Source of the DNA: Alphaproteobacteria bacterium
GTDB taxonomy: Bacteria > Pseudomonadota > Alphaproteobacteria > UBA7887
NCBI GenBank assembly: GCA_965216755.1
Contig: CBDCGL010000011.1
Location: 1,760,001-1,824,000 of the forward strand
Reading direction: 5' to 3'
Length of the DNA: 64,000 nucleotides
The position numbers and the translations under genes are program-made. This document shows, piece after piece, positions 10,422 through 19,264 of this stretch (position 1 is its first letter; the number at the start of each line of letters is the position of its first letter). The notes beneath the pieces were generated by a model. The model was given only the letters and a program-made list of their open reading frames with translations. It made no database searches and was not told the origin of the DNA.

Positions 10422-11588
10422 GTGAGCGTCAATACCGACACGCCGCTTTTGTTTTCACCCATCGAACTCCGTGGCGTTATGGCCAAGAACCGGATTGTCG
10501 TGTCGCCGATGTGCCAATATGCCGCCGAAGACGGCATGCCCAACGATTGGCACCTGGTTCATCTCGGCAAATTCGCGACCGGCGGTGCCGGCATCGTATT
10601 TACGGAAGCGACGGCGGTCGAGAAACGCGGTCGCATTACCCATGGCGATGTCGGTCTGTGGAACGACGAACATGTTCCGGGCCACAAGCGCATTACCGAT
10701 TTTCTGCGCGCCAATGGCGCCTTGTCGGCCGTTCAGCTGGCCCATGCCGGTCGCAAGGCGAGCATGCAACGGCCCTGGTTCGGCAACGCCGCGCTTAACG
10801 ACGATGATATCGCGCGCGGCGACAAACCATGGAATATCGTTGGCGCGAGCCCATTGCCCGTGGACCAAGGCTGGTTGGTGCCGCACGAACTGAGCCCGGC
10901 CGAGATCGTTGAACTCGTCGACAGATGGGCGGCCGCCACCAAACGCGCGGTTCAGGCCGGGTACGACATTCTGGAAATCCACGGCGCCCACGGTTATTTG
11001 ATCCAAAGCTTCCTGTCGCCAATTGGCAATGTCCGCACCGACGGCTATGGCGGCGATCTCAAGGGACGCATGCGCCTGGCATTGGAGGTGACCGAAGCCG
11101 TGCGGCCGCTTTGGCCCGAAGATCGACCTCTGTTCTTCCGCGTTTCGTCAGTCGACGGTGTCGAAGGCGGCTGGACATTGGACGATACCGTGTCATTGGC
11201 GCGCGAACTCAAGGCTCGCGGCGTCGATGTTATTGATTGCTCCTCTGGCGGCATCGGTGGCTCGGCGACGGCCGCGCGAGTCAAGCGCCAGCCAGGGTTC
11301 CAAGTGCCCTTCGCAGAGCGGGTGCGGCGCGACGGCGGCATCAAGACCCAAGCGGTCGGATTGATCACCCACCCGGTTCAGGCCGAAGAAATCATGGCCG
11401 CCGGCCAAGCCGATTTGATCGCGCTCGGGCGCGAGGTTCTCTATGACCCCTATTGGCCCCACCACGCGGCACAAATGCTGGGTGCGGACCCGCAATTTGC
11501 CGACATGCCCAAGCAATATGGCTGGTGGCTTGTGCGACGCGCGCGTTCGTCCGAATTCTACCAGCCACAGCCGGCAGCGGCGGAATAA
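10422..11588 (+). CDS. NADH:flavin oxidoreductase (Old Yellow Enzyme, YqjM/NamA-like)
   Basis: NRIVVSPMCQY, QLAHAGRKAS, EIHGAHGYL and RTDGYGG motifs. Confidence 0.92.
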   Translation: MSVNTDTPLLFSPIELRGVMAKNRIVVSPMCQYAAEDGMPNDWHLVHLGKFATGGAGIVFTEATAVEKRGRITHGDVGLWNDEHVPGHKRITDFLRANGALSAVQLAHAGRKASMQRPWFGNAALNDDDIARGDKPWNIVGASPLPVDQGWLVPHELSPAEIVELVDRWAAATKRAVQAGYDILEIHGAHGYLIQSFLSPIGNVRTDGYGGDLKGRMRLALEVTEAVRPLWPEDRPLFFRVSSVDGVEGGWTLDDTVSLARELKARGVDVIDCSSGGIGGSATAARVKRQPGFQVPFAERVRRDGGIKTQAVGLITHPVQAEEIMAAGQADLIALGREVLYDPYWPHHAAQMLGADPQFADMPKQYGWWLVRRARSSEFYQPQPAAAE

Positions 11589-11608
11589 CGGTCGGGCGCC
11601 ATACGGGA

Positions 11609-12310
11609 TCAGGCGTCGTCGCGTCCGCCCAACCAACGATAGACGAAGCCGCCAACGACGGCGCCGACCAAAGGTGCCAACCAAAACAGCCACAGCTGCT
11701 GAAGCGCCCAACCGCCAACAAAAAGCGCCTGGCCGGTTGAGCGCGCCGGATTGACCGATGTATTGGTGACCGGAATAGAGATCAGGTGGATCAAGGTTAG
11801 GCCGAGGCCGATCGCCAAAGGGGCAAAACCGACCGGCGCACTCTTGTCGGTCGTACCCATGATGATGATCAGGAAAAAGAATGTGAGCACGATCTCTGCC
11901 ACCAACGCCGCACCCAAGGTGTAGCCGCCCGGCGAGTGATCGCCATAGCCGTTGGCGGCGAACCCATCCGCAACGGAAAACCCCGCCGCCCCGGATGCAA
12001 TAACGAACAAGACCGCCGCAGCGGCGACGGCACCAAGAACTTGCGCGATCCAATAGGGCAAGATTTCGCCTGATGGGAAACGCCCACCGGCCCAAAGCCC
12101 CAATGTCACCGCGGGATTAAAATGACCGCCCGAAATGTGGCCGACGGCATAGGCCATGGTCAACACAGTCAAACCAAAAGCGAGTGAGACGCCGACCAGA
12201 CCAATGCCGATCTCGGGAAACCCGGCTGCCAAGACAGCCGAACCACACCCGCCAAAAACAAGCCAAAAGGTGCCGAAAAATTCGGCGCCTAAACGTTGCA
12301 AACCTGGCAT
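11609..12310 (-). CDS. aqpZ: Aquaporin Z
   Basis: [26 protein letters not shown] and TSVNPARS (two NPA motifs). Confidence 0.96.
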   Translation of the reverse strand: MPGLQRLGAEFFGTFWLVFGGCGSAVLAAGFPEIGIGLVGVSLAFGLTVLTMAYAVGHISGGHFNPAVTLGLWAGGRFPSGEILPYWIAQVLGAVAAAAVLFVIASGAAGFSVADGFAANGYGDHSPGGYTLGAALVAEIVLTFFFLIIIMGTTDKSAPVGFAPLAIGLGLTLIHLISIPVTNTSVNPARSTGQALFVGGWALQQLWLFWLAPLVGAVVGGFVYRWLGGRDDA

Positions 12311-12529
12311 GTCATAAGCCCCCTAAGTCACACCTATCGAAACGCATCGGACGACAACACTGTTATACGCGGTGTTTCATCGGTTGCGCATCATTCAATC
12401 CGTAGCTCAACTCACAATGTCCGATCCGGCCGTGTCGGCCATCCGTCGACACATAATTCTGAATCAGGTCATGCATTTGCCCCGGTCGTTAACGATCTTC
12501 GCATTAGACCGCGGAGGGACAATGTCTGC

Positions 12530-12680
12530 CGTCCGGCCACCGTGTGGTCTAGATCCACGGCCATCGATCGTCACGACAACGGCCTCGCGAACCAATGCCA
12601 TGGCGCATCCACGACCGAGCCCGCGGCTGGACCCACAGATCATCGCATTCTTGCCATCTCGTCTAAGATCCTCTGTCGAT
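12530..12680 (-). pseudogene. Remnant of a short-chain dehydrogenase (SDR) N-terminus
   Basis: DLRRDGKNAMICGSSRGLGRGCAMALVREAVVVTIDGR resembles the SDR Rossmann start. There is no credible start codon and similarity ends after about 40 aa. Confidence 0.6.
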
Positions 12681-12868
12681 TTCCCCTTGCCCGCTTGTTG
12701 TTTGATCCAGCGTCCGATCACCCCCGCCCGACCAGCAACCGTACGGTTGGCTCACTCCAACTTCACGGTCCATGCGTTGCAGTCGGGTCTGCCATTACCT
12801 CAAAGCGCGTCTCTCCGCCGAGATACTGGCAGCCGGATGCAGCTGCCGTGTAACCTTGGCCCAGGCAG

Positions 12869-15800
12869 GTGACAGTGATCGATATACGAGAATGGATGAA
12901 AGGCCTGGGCTTGGGCCAATACGCCGATGTGTTCGCACAGAATCACATCGACGAGACCCTATTGCCTGAACTAACCGAAGCCGACCTCGCAGACCTCGGT
13001 CTCAGTCTCGGCCATCGACGCAAACTACTGAAGGCGATTCGTGCGCGCGCTGCGCCGACGCGCGCGCGACCTCCAACACAAAACGAACAAGAGCCCACCG
13101 ACCTGAAGGCGCCGACGGAAAACGACTTGGAGCCGCAGGCCGAACGTCGACAGCTCACCATCATGTTTTGCAATTTGATCGACGCCGACAGGCGATCGGA
13201 GCAAATCGACCCGGAAGACCTGCAGGCTCTTATGCGCGCGTACCAACAGACCGGAACCACCGTAATAGACACCTATGATGGCCACATCGCCCAGTATTTG
13301 GCCGATGGATTCATGGCCTATTTTGGTTGGCCAACGGCACACGAGGACGATGCCGAGCGCGCCATCCGAGCAGCACTTGACATCGTCGAAGCAATCAAGG
13401 CCGTGGATGCGAAACCGAGCCTACACGTTCACATCGGCGTGGCGACCGGCCCCGTCGTCGTTGGGGATTTGGCGCTTGACCAGGCCGTGCACGCTGCGCG
13501 AATTACGCCGGCGCACGCGGTCGGCGCGACGCCCAACCTAGCCGCACGGTTACAGGGCCTTGCCCGCGCCGACGAAATCGTCATCGCGCCGTCGACTCGT
13601 CAACTTGTCGGCGCGGCCTTTGACCTCGAGGACCACGGCGAACACGCGTTGAAAGGCATTGTCGAGCCCGTCCGCGCGTGGCGGATCCGCGGTCTCGCTG
13701 ATATCGCCGGCCGTTTTGAAGCGCGCACGCAGCAGTTAACGCCCCTGGTCGGCCGCCAAAGCGAGATTGCGCTGCTCCTGGAACGTTGGGAAACGGCGAA
13801 AACCGGTGAAGGGCAAGTTGTGCTGCTCAGCGGCGAACCTGGCATCGGGAAAAGCCGAACCACACAAGCCCTACGGCATCACGTCGCCGACCAGGCACAT
13901 ATACGATTACGCTATCAATGTTCTCCTTACTATTCTAATTCGGCGCTCCATCCCTTCATCAATCAGTTTGAAGCTGCTGCACGATTTACGCCGAAGGACA
14001 CAGCTGCGCAAAAGCTTGATAAAGTCGAAAAGGTGCTACGCCAAGCGACGAACGACATAGCCGATATCGCGCCCCTGTTTGCTGCGATGTTGTCTCTGGA
14101 TACGGCAAACCGCTACCCGCCGCTCAACATGACGCCGCAGCAGCAAAAAGATCAAACGCTGCTCGCATTGACAAACCAAATCGAAGCGCTCTCGGAAAAG
14201 CTACCCGTATTGGTGATATTCGAAGATGCCCATTGGGTCGATCCCACGACGCAAGAGGTCTTGGAGCGGCTTATCGGCTGTATCACCAACCGGCGTGTTT
14301 TGCTGGTGATTACTCACAGGCCCGAATATGACGCCAACGCTCTGCATGCGGGCCATGTCACGTCATTGAGCTTGGCGCGGCTGGACCGCCGGCACGCGGC
14401 ATCCATCGCAACGGCCGTCGCGCGTGACACCCGCCTCGCCGATCGCGTTCTCGAACAAATCGTCGCTGGCACCGATGGCGTACCCTTGTTCATCGAAGAA
14501 CTGACGAAAACAGTGATCGAGACGGCCGCAGAGAAATCATCCACGCAAAATCAACCAACCGCGGGCAGCCCGCTACCTCTTTCAATCCCGACCAGTTTGC
14601 AGGATTCGTTGACGGCACGTCTGGACCGATTGGGCCCCGTGAAAGAGGTTGCACAACTTGCGGCAACACTCGGCCGCAGTTTTCGTCATGATCTTCTTCT
14701 CGCCCTGGCGCCAGACAGGCGCGAAGAGCTCGAATCGGCAATTCGGGCATTGGAAGCCGCTGAGCTTATATTCCGCCGCGGCGCTGCGCCCAATATGAGC
14801 TACCAGTTTAAGCACGCACTCGTGCAAGAGGCGGCGTACAACTCGCTCCTGATCAGTCGAAGACAGCGGCATCACGCACATATTGCCCGCACATTGGAGG
14901 CAAGGTTTCCGGAACGCGCGGAAACCGAGCCGGAATACCTGGCCCATCATTACACAGAGGCCGGACTAGCCGAGCAAGCCATCGACCATTGGCTCAAGGC
15001 CGGCCGTCGGTCGACCGAGAATGTCGCGAATGTCGAGGCCGTCGCCCAATTACACCGTGGGCTGGAACTTGTTGAGGCGTTGCCCAAGGATGGTCAACTC
15101 CAACAGCGCAAGGAACTCGATCTGCAGGTGGCCCTCGGGCCATCTCTCATTTCGACACAAGGTTATTTAGCACAGGAAACGGAAGTATGCTACGCGCGTG
15201 CCCTTTCGTTGTGCCACGCGCTTGGTGATCCGCCGGAGTTGTTTCCGATTCTCTATGGGCTATGGGTTATTCGCTTTATCCGTGCCGAGCTCGACAAGGC
15301 CCGAACACTTGGGGAAGATTTCTTGCGACGCGCTAAGGCATCCAAGGATCGGGTCGCTCTCATTTCAGCCCACAGAACTTTGGGATCTGCCCAGTTGGTT
15401 TTGGGAAATTTGTCAGATGCCCGTAAAGATCTGGAGCGCACAATCGAACTTTATGACCCGCAGCGAGATCGCTGGCTCGGTCACGTCTATTCGCTGGACC
15501 CCTACGTCACGGCCAAGGCTTACCTGTCCTGGACCTATTGGTGCCTGGGCTATCCGGGTCGCGCACTCGCCACAATCCGTGACGCGCGTGCCTTTGGTGA
15601 GGACATCTCGCAGCCCTACAGTCTAGCCCTTGAGCTGATGTTTGAAGCGATGATCCAATTCCTGTGCGGCGAGTGGACGCAGGCGCAACATGAGGCAGAG
15701 ACATGCTTGGCTGTCGCGTCCGAACATGGATTCCCGTATTGGCTTGCGTTCACCCATATCGTCAGGGGTTGGGCGCTGATCAAGGGCGGTGAAATTGACA

Positions 15801-16252
15801 CCGGCATGACCGAAGTATTGCGTGGGATCTCACATTACCGTCAAATTGATGGCGGCCTCTATTGGCCAATGGCGCATTGTGCGCTGGCCGATGGGTACAC
15901 GGCACAAGGCCAAATTGAATCGGCGCTCGCCGCGCTTGAAGACGCGACCCAGGCCGCCGCGAACACTAGCGAACATTGGATGGCGCCCGAGACCGTGCGT
16001 CTCAAGGGCGAGATTTTGGCGGAATCGGATATGGCAGCGGCCGAAGCATGCTTTGCCGCCGCAATATTACGGGCGGAAGCGCAAGACGCCAAATCTTGGC
16101 AACTCCGCGCCGCGACATCGCAAGCCCGCCTGTGGCGTCGCCATGGCATGGCCGACAAAGCACGCGATTTGCTCACTCCCATTTACAGCTGGTTCTCGGA
16201 AGGGCTCGAGACCGCCGACCTTCGCGCCGCGAAAGCTCTATTGGCCCCTTAA
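12869..16252 (+). CDS. SAM - class III adenylate/guanylate cyclase-like - AAA/STAND ATPase - TPR protein
   Basis: SAM motif WMKGLGLGQYADVF...LGHRRKLL. Cyclase ERRQLTIMFC..., YLADG and PNLAARLQ. Walker A GEPGIGKS and Walker B VIFEDAHW. FKHALVQEAAY winged helix and helical TPR C-terminus. Confidence 0.92.
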   Translation: MTVIDIREWMKGLGLGQYADVFAQNHIDETLLPELTEADLADLGLSLGHRRKLLKAIRARAAPTRARPPTQNEQEPTDLKAPTENDLEPQAERRQLTIMFCNLIDADRRSEQIDPEDLQALMRAYQQTGTTVIDTYDGHIAQYLADGFMAYFGWPTAHEDDAERAIRAALDIVEAIKAVDAKPSLHVHIGVATGPVVVGDLALDQAVHAARITPAHAVGATPNLAARLQGLARADEIVIAPSTRQLVGAAFDLEDHGEHALKGIVEPVRAWRIRGLADIAGRFEARTQQLTPLVGRQSEIALLLERWETAKTGEGQVVLLSGEPGIGKSRTTQALRHHVADQAHIRLRYQCSPYYSNSALHPFINQFEAAARFTPKDTAAQKLDKVEKVLRQATNDIADIAPLFAAMLSLDTANRYPPLNMTPQQQKDQTLLALTNQIEALSEKLPVLVIFEDAHWVDPTTQEVLERLIGCITNRRVLLVITHRPEYDANALHAGHVTSLSLARLDRRHAASIATAVARDTRLADRVLEQIVAGTDGVPLFIEELTKTVIETAAEKSSTQNQPTAGSPLPLSIPTSLQDSLTARLDRLGPVKEVAQLAATLGRSFRHDLLLALAPDRREELESAIRALEAAELIFRRGAAPNMSYQFKHALVQEAAYNSLLISRRQRHHAHIARTLEARFPERAETEPEYLAHHYTEAGLAEQAIDHWLKAGRRSTENVANVEAVAQLHRGLELVEALPKDGQLQQRKELDLQVALGPSLISTQGYLAQETEVCYARALSLCHALGDPPELFPILYGLWVIRFIRAELDKARTLGEDFLRRAKASKDRVALISAHRTLGSAQLVLGNLSDARKDLERTIELYDPQRDRWLGHVYSLDPYVTAKAYLSWTYWCLGYPGRALATIRDARAFGEDISQPYSLALELMFEAMIQFLCGEWTQAQHEAETCLAVASEHGFPYWLAFTHIVRGWALIKGGEIDTGMTEVLRGISHYRQIDGGLYWPMAHCALADGYTAQGQIESALAALEDATQAAANTSEHWMAPETVRLKGEILAESDMAAAEACFAAAILRAEAQDAKSWQLRAATSQARLWRRHGMADKARDLLTPIYSWFSEGLETADLRAAKALLAP

Positions 16253-16293
16253 CGCCAAGCAGCGAACACTCAAGAGCTCGCGCTAGCAGGTTG

Positions 16294-17058
16294 CTAAGCT
16301 TCGATCTCAGGCCAAAGGACGTTGTCGACCTTTGTCAAAGCCGCGTCCAGAGTAACCGGGGTCAACTGTAGGCCGCGCGATACGGCCGTCAACAACAACC
16401 GTTGATCGCCAACCTCGAAAATCCGGCAAAGGGTTTCCTTGTTTTCGTCGTCGTGTATGAGCAGAGATAAAGGTGTCGCCTCGCCACCACGCGCGGCGCG
16501 ATCCGCAAACAACAAAACGAGTGAGGACAATGCGGCCAGGCGATCCAAATCGCGCGCATTGCTGCTGGCTGACAAAGGCAGACCATTGTCATCGCTCAGC
16601 AGCACCGCTTCGAATTGACCCTTTTCCGAAATCTGGTCCAACAGATGGGTTAGGTCGCTGCGACGCCCATGCCCGGTTTGAACATCGGAAAGCTCCAGCG
16701 ACAACCGTTCCCGTTTCATGAGCGGCGTCAAGATATCTTGAACAATGACACGGAGGTCCTCGACTTCCTTGTCACGCCGGACGAGCGGATGAATAGCTTC
16801 CTTAATTATTTCATGAACGCTGTTATTCTGCTCCAGCAAAACTTCGAATGTGCGATCTCGATTTGACGTCAGCGCCTCTGCCGTTGCCTGTTGATAGGCA
16901 AGGTCTTCGCGCGCCCGCATAACGTCGTTCAGCAAACGGCGCGCCTGCTGGCGTAGCCGCGATCGGGCGCGGAACCCCTGCCGAGCTCCGAATATATAGC
17001 CTGCCAATAATAGTGCGGCGCCGGAGCCAACGCCTATGAAGACGATGAACGCGATCAT
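16294..17058 (-). CDS. Membrane-anchored coiled-coil protein with C-terminal Roadblock/LC7-like domain
   Basis: N-terminal hydrophobic helix followed by an Arg-rich stretch and a heptad-like region. C-terminal FEAVLLSDDNGLPLSAS...DLDRLAALSSLVL...LLLTAVS fits the Roadblock pattern. Confidence 0.7.
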   Translation of the reverse strand: MIAFIVFIGVGSGAALLLAGYIFGARQGFRARSRLRQQARRLLNDVMRAREDLAYQQATAEALTSNRDRTFEVLLEQNNSVHEIIKEAIHPLVRRDKEVEDLRVIVQDILTPLMKRERLSLELSDVQTGHGRRSDLTHLLDQISEKGQFEAVLLSDDNGLPLSASSNARDLDRLAALSSLVLLFADRAARGGEATPLSLLIHDDENKETLCRIFEVGDQRLLLTAVSRGLQLTPVTLDAALTKVDNVLWPEIEA

Positions 17059-17963
17059 GATCCTCCCTCCGCGCTCGGTTCTTCACAGACGGCGGCGTCA
17101 TCCACAAACACATGAACACGCCGGTTTGCGCCCGACCACCCCGGCATGCCAACTACAGGCTTTGTTTCTCCAAATCCCGTTCGGCGCAGCCGGTACTCCG
17201 GAACACCCGCGGCCGTCAACATTTCGGCTACCGCCAATGCACGCAGCTGACTGACAGCGAGGTTTCGGTGAACTCCGCCCCAAGAGTCGGCATGCCCTTC
17301 GATAGTCACTATGGCCGATGGGTGGTCACGCAACCATTTTGTTAATCGGGCGATGTCGGCTTGCGGCAAAACTGCTTTAGGTTTGGTGTCGTTAAACCCA
17401 AAATTGACCGACAGCATGGGCGGGCACGATTTTGATCCTGCCGTCGTCGTCGTCCGTGGCGCGATGGACCGATCCGCAGCGTCTACCAGGCCGATACCCG
17501 TGGTATCTCGCATGAGGATCTCTCTCGCATCTTCGAACCGTCCGTACAGCATCAATGCGCGCGCCCGCTGCATCCGTTGTAATCGACTGTCAAGATCCTC
17601 GATGGTCTGATCAATATCGACGTTTAGTGGTGCCCGCCGCGGCGCCACCATCGGCGCTTTGTCGGCCGCGCCGACCAATTTGCCACGGCGCATGTCTTTG
17701 TCCGCCAAAGCAGGCTGTACCATTATCGTCGCTGAGTGCGCTAAAGGCCGTGTCGGCGTCGAACCCGCAACGAATGGCTTCCCTGCAAGTCCCGACCAGA
17801 CTTCGACAAACGACGGCACCTCGCCCCGCGAAAACATGACCCAACCGCCGGCGAATGAAATCATAATCGCCATGATTGCAATGGCTGTTGCCATCGGCGA
17901 CGTAACGGTTTCGCAAAACACGTCAAATTCTTCGGGTATGCGCAAGGCATGATCAGAGAACAT
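17055..17963 (-). CDS. OmpA/MotB C-terminal (peptidoglycan-binding) domain protein with N-terminal TM anchor
   Basis: TM helix MATAIAIMAIMISFAGGWVMF. OmpA motifs VNFGFN, IEGHADSWG..RNLAVSQLRALAV, GFGETKP and NRRVHV. Its stop overlaps the ATG of the next gene. Confidence 0.88.
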   Translation of the reverse strand: MFSDHALRIPEEFDVFCETVTSPMATAIAIMAIMISFAGGWVMFSRGEVPSFVEVWSGLAGKPFVAGSTPTRPLAHSATIMVQPALADKDMRRGKLVGAADKAPMVAPRRAPLNVDIDQTIEDLDSRLQRMQRARALMLYGRFEDAREILMRDTTGIGLVDAADRSIAPRTTTTAGSKSCPPMLSVNFGFNDTKPKAVLPQADIARLTKWLRDHPSAIVTIEGHADSWGGVHRNLAVSQLRALAVAEMLTAAGVPEYRLRRTGFGETKPVVGMPGWSGANRRVHVFVDDAAVCEEPSAEGGS

Positions 17964-18039
17964 CTCAAAACTGGCCTCCCCCGTTTAGCCTCTGGTGCGC
18001 CCGTCATGCGACTGCGGCGGCCGGGACCGTCGAGACCAT

Positions 18040-18801
18040 CTACAATTCAGGCACCCGAAACAGATCGCTCACTACGTCGACGCCGCATTCCAACGTGGCA
18101 CACCAATCAATGAACTTGTTCACCATCTTTTTGCCCTCAAAGACGGCGCCATGTTGCGGAGCAATCATCTCGATATCCAAGGCCCGCACCATTTCGGCCC
18201 ACGCCCGCATGACACGATTTGACGCCATATAGCGGCGATGAAATCCATCCATGAAAGATAGATGGTCGTCGAAATCAGGCACGATTGTGTAATCCATGCC
18301 CAGCGACGCCCCAAGATCGCCGCTGTAAAGGATCTTGGCGACTGGATCGTAAAGCTGAAAATTGCCAACGCTGTGCAGAAAATGGGCAGGCAAGGCCGCC
18401 AACTGGGCGCCATCAAGGTCGAAAACCATGCCTTCGTCGGGGATCGGATGCAAACGCTCTTCAACCAGATGATCAAGCCCGAAATGAGGAACGAAGCGAA
18501 TCCACAATTGCGAAACGTAGGCATCCGCGTCCGTGGTCATAAGCCAACCATTGACGGCCGCGACAATGTCCGGATCTTGATGAGACAGGAATATATACCG
18601 CAACGACATGCGTCCCAGCAGCGACATCGTCGCACCGAGGACCTTGCCATAAACCTTGTGGCCGCCGGGATCCAATATCATGCCCGACTCGCCATGGATG
18701 ATAACGTGCTGATTGGCTTGCACCGCCAGGCCACCAAGTCCAAAGTCTTCAAGCATGATGTTTTGATGGGTACCGTCGTCATAGAGGACAGTGTTTGGCA
18801 T
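18040..18801 (-). CDS. Stand-alone di-iron metallo-beta-lactamase-fold protein, ODP (oxygen-binding di-iron protein)/FprA-N-like
   Basis: QANQHVI..ILDPGG, LSHQDPD, PAHFLHSVGN, SGDLG, FHRRYM and IAPQHG. 253 aa with no flavodoxin domain. Confidence 0.85.
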   Translation of the reverse strand: MPNTVLYDDGTHQNIMLEDFGLGGLAVQANQHVIIHGESGMILDPGGHKVYGKVLGATMSLLGRMSLRYIFLSHQDPDIVAAVNGWLMTTDADAYVSQLWIRFVPHFGLDHLVEERLHPIPDEGMVFDLDGAQLAALPAHFLHSVGNFQLYDPVAKILYSGDLGASLGMDYTIVPDFDDHLSFMDGFHRRYMASNRVMRAWAEMVRALDIEMIAPQHGAVFEGKKMVNKFIDWCATLECGVDVVSDLFRVPEL

Positions 18802-18865
18802 TCCGGCTCCTTTCTACGACATCGGGACATCATTGATCTCTGGCGACGCCCCGGCCCACGCAAAC

Positions 18866-19264
18866 TCACAGAATGTTTTGAATATTGCTGATGGTCTCAC
18901 GCATATCGAAAAAGATGAGCCCCAGCTTGGCGTTATCGTTGGCCACAACCAGCAGCAAAACACCGCGCCCGGCGTCAATCAGAACCGCATAACCTTGCTC
19001 ACCGCGAACGACGACCTCTTCAACGGTGCCACGGCCCAACTCCGCCGCGCCGCGCGTGCCGAGGCTGAGAATTGTCGCGCTCATGCCCGCGACCCGCGTT
19101 TCGTCCAGGTGTTCCGGAAGTGAACTCGCGATCATCAATCCGTCTTCCGAAATTAGCGCTGCCGCTTCGACGTCCGGCGATCCGGTTTGCAATGATCGCA
19201 ACACGTTGGTCAGGTTTTCCGTACGGTTCAGAGAAAACGCCTTGCGTGTGGCCTCGCGTGCCAT
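18866..19264 (-). CDS. Roadblock/LC7 (MglB-like) protein
   Basis: DVEAAALISEDGLMIASSLP...RVAGMSATILSLGTRGAAELGRG.VEEVVVRGEQGY...KLGLIFFDM. ATG at 19264 with an upstream GGAG. Confidence 0.92.
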   Translation of the reverse strand: MAREATRKAFSLNRTENLTNVLRSLQTGSPDVEAAALISEDGLMIASSLPEHLDETRVAGMSATILSLGTRGAAELGRGTVEEVVVRGEQGYAVLIDAGRGVLLLVVANDNAKLGLIFFDMRETISNIQNIL

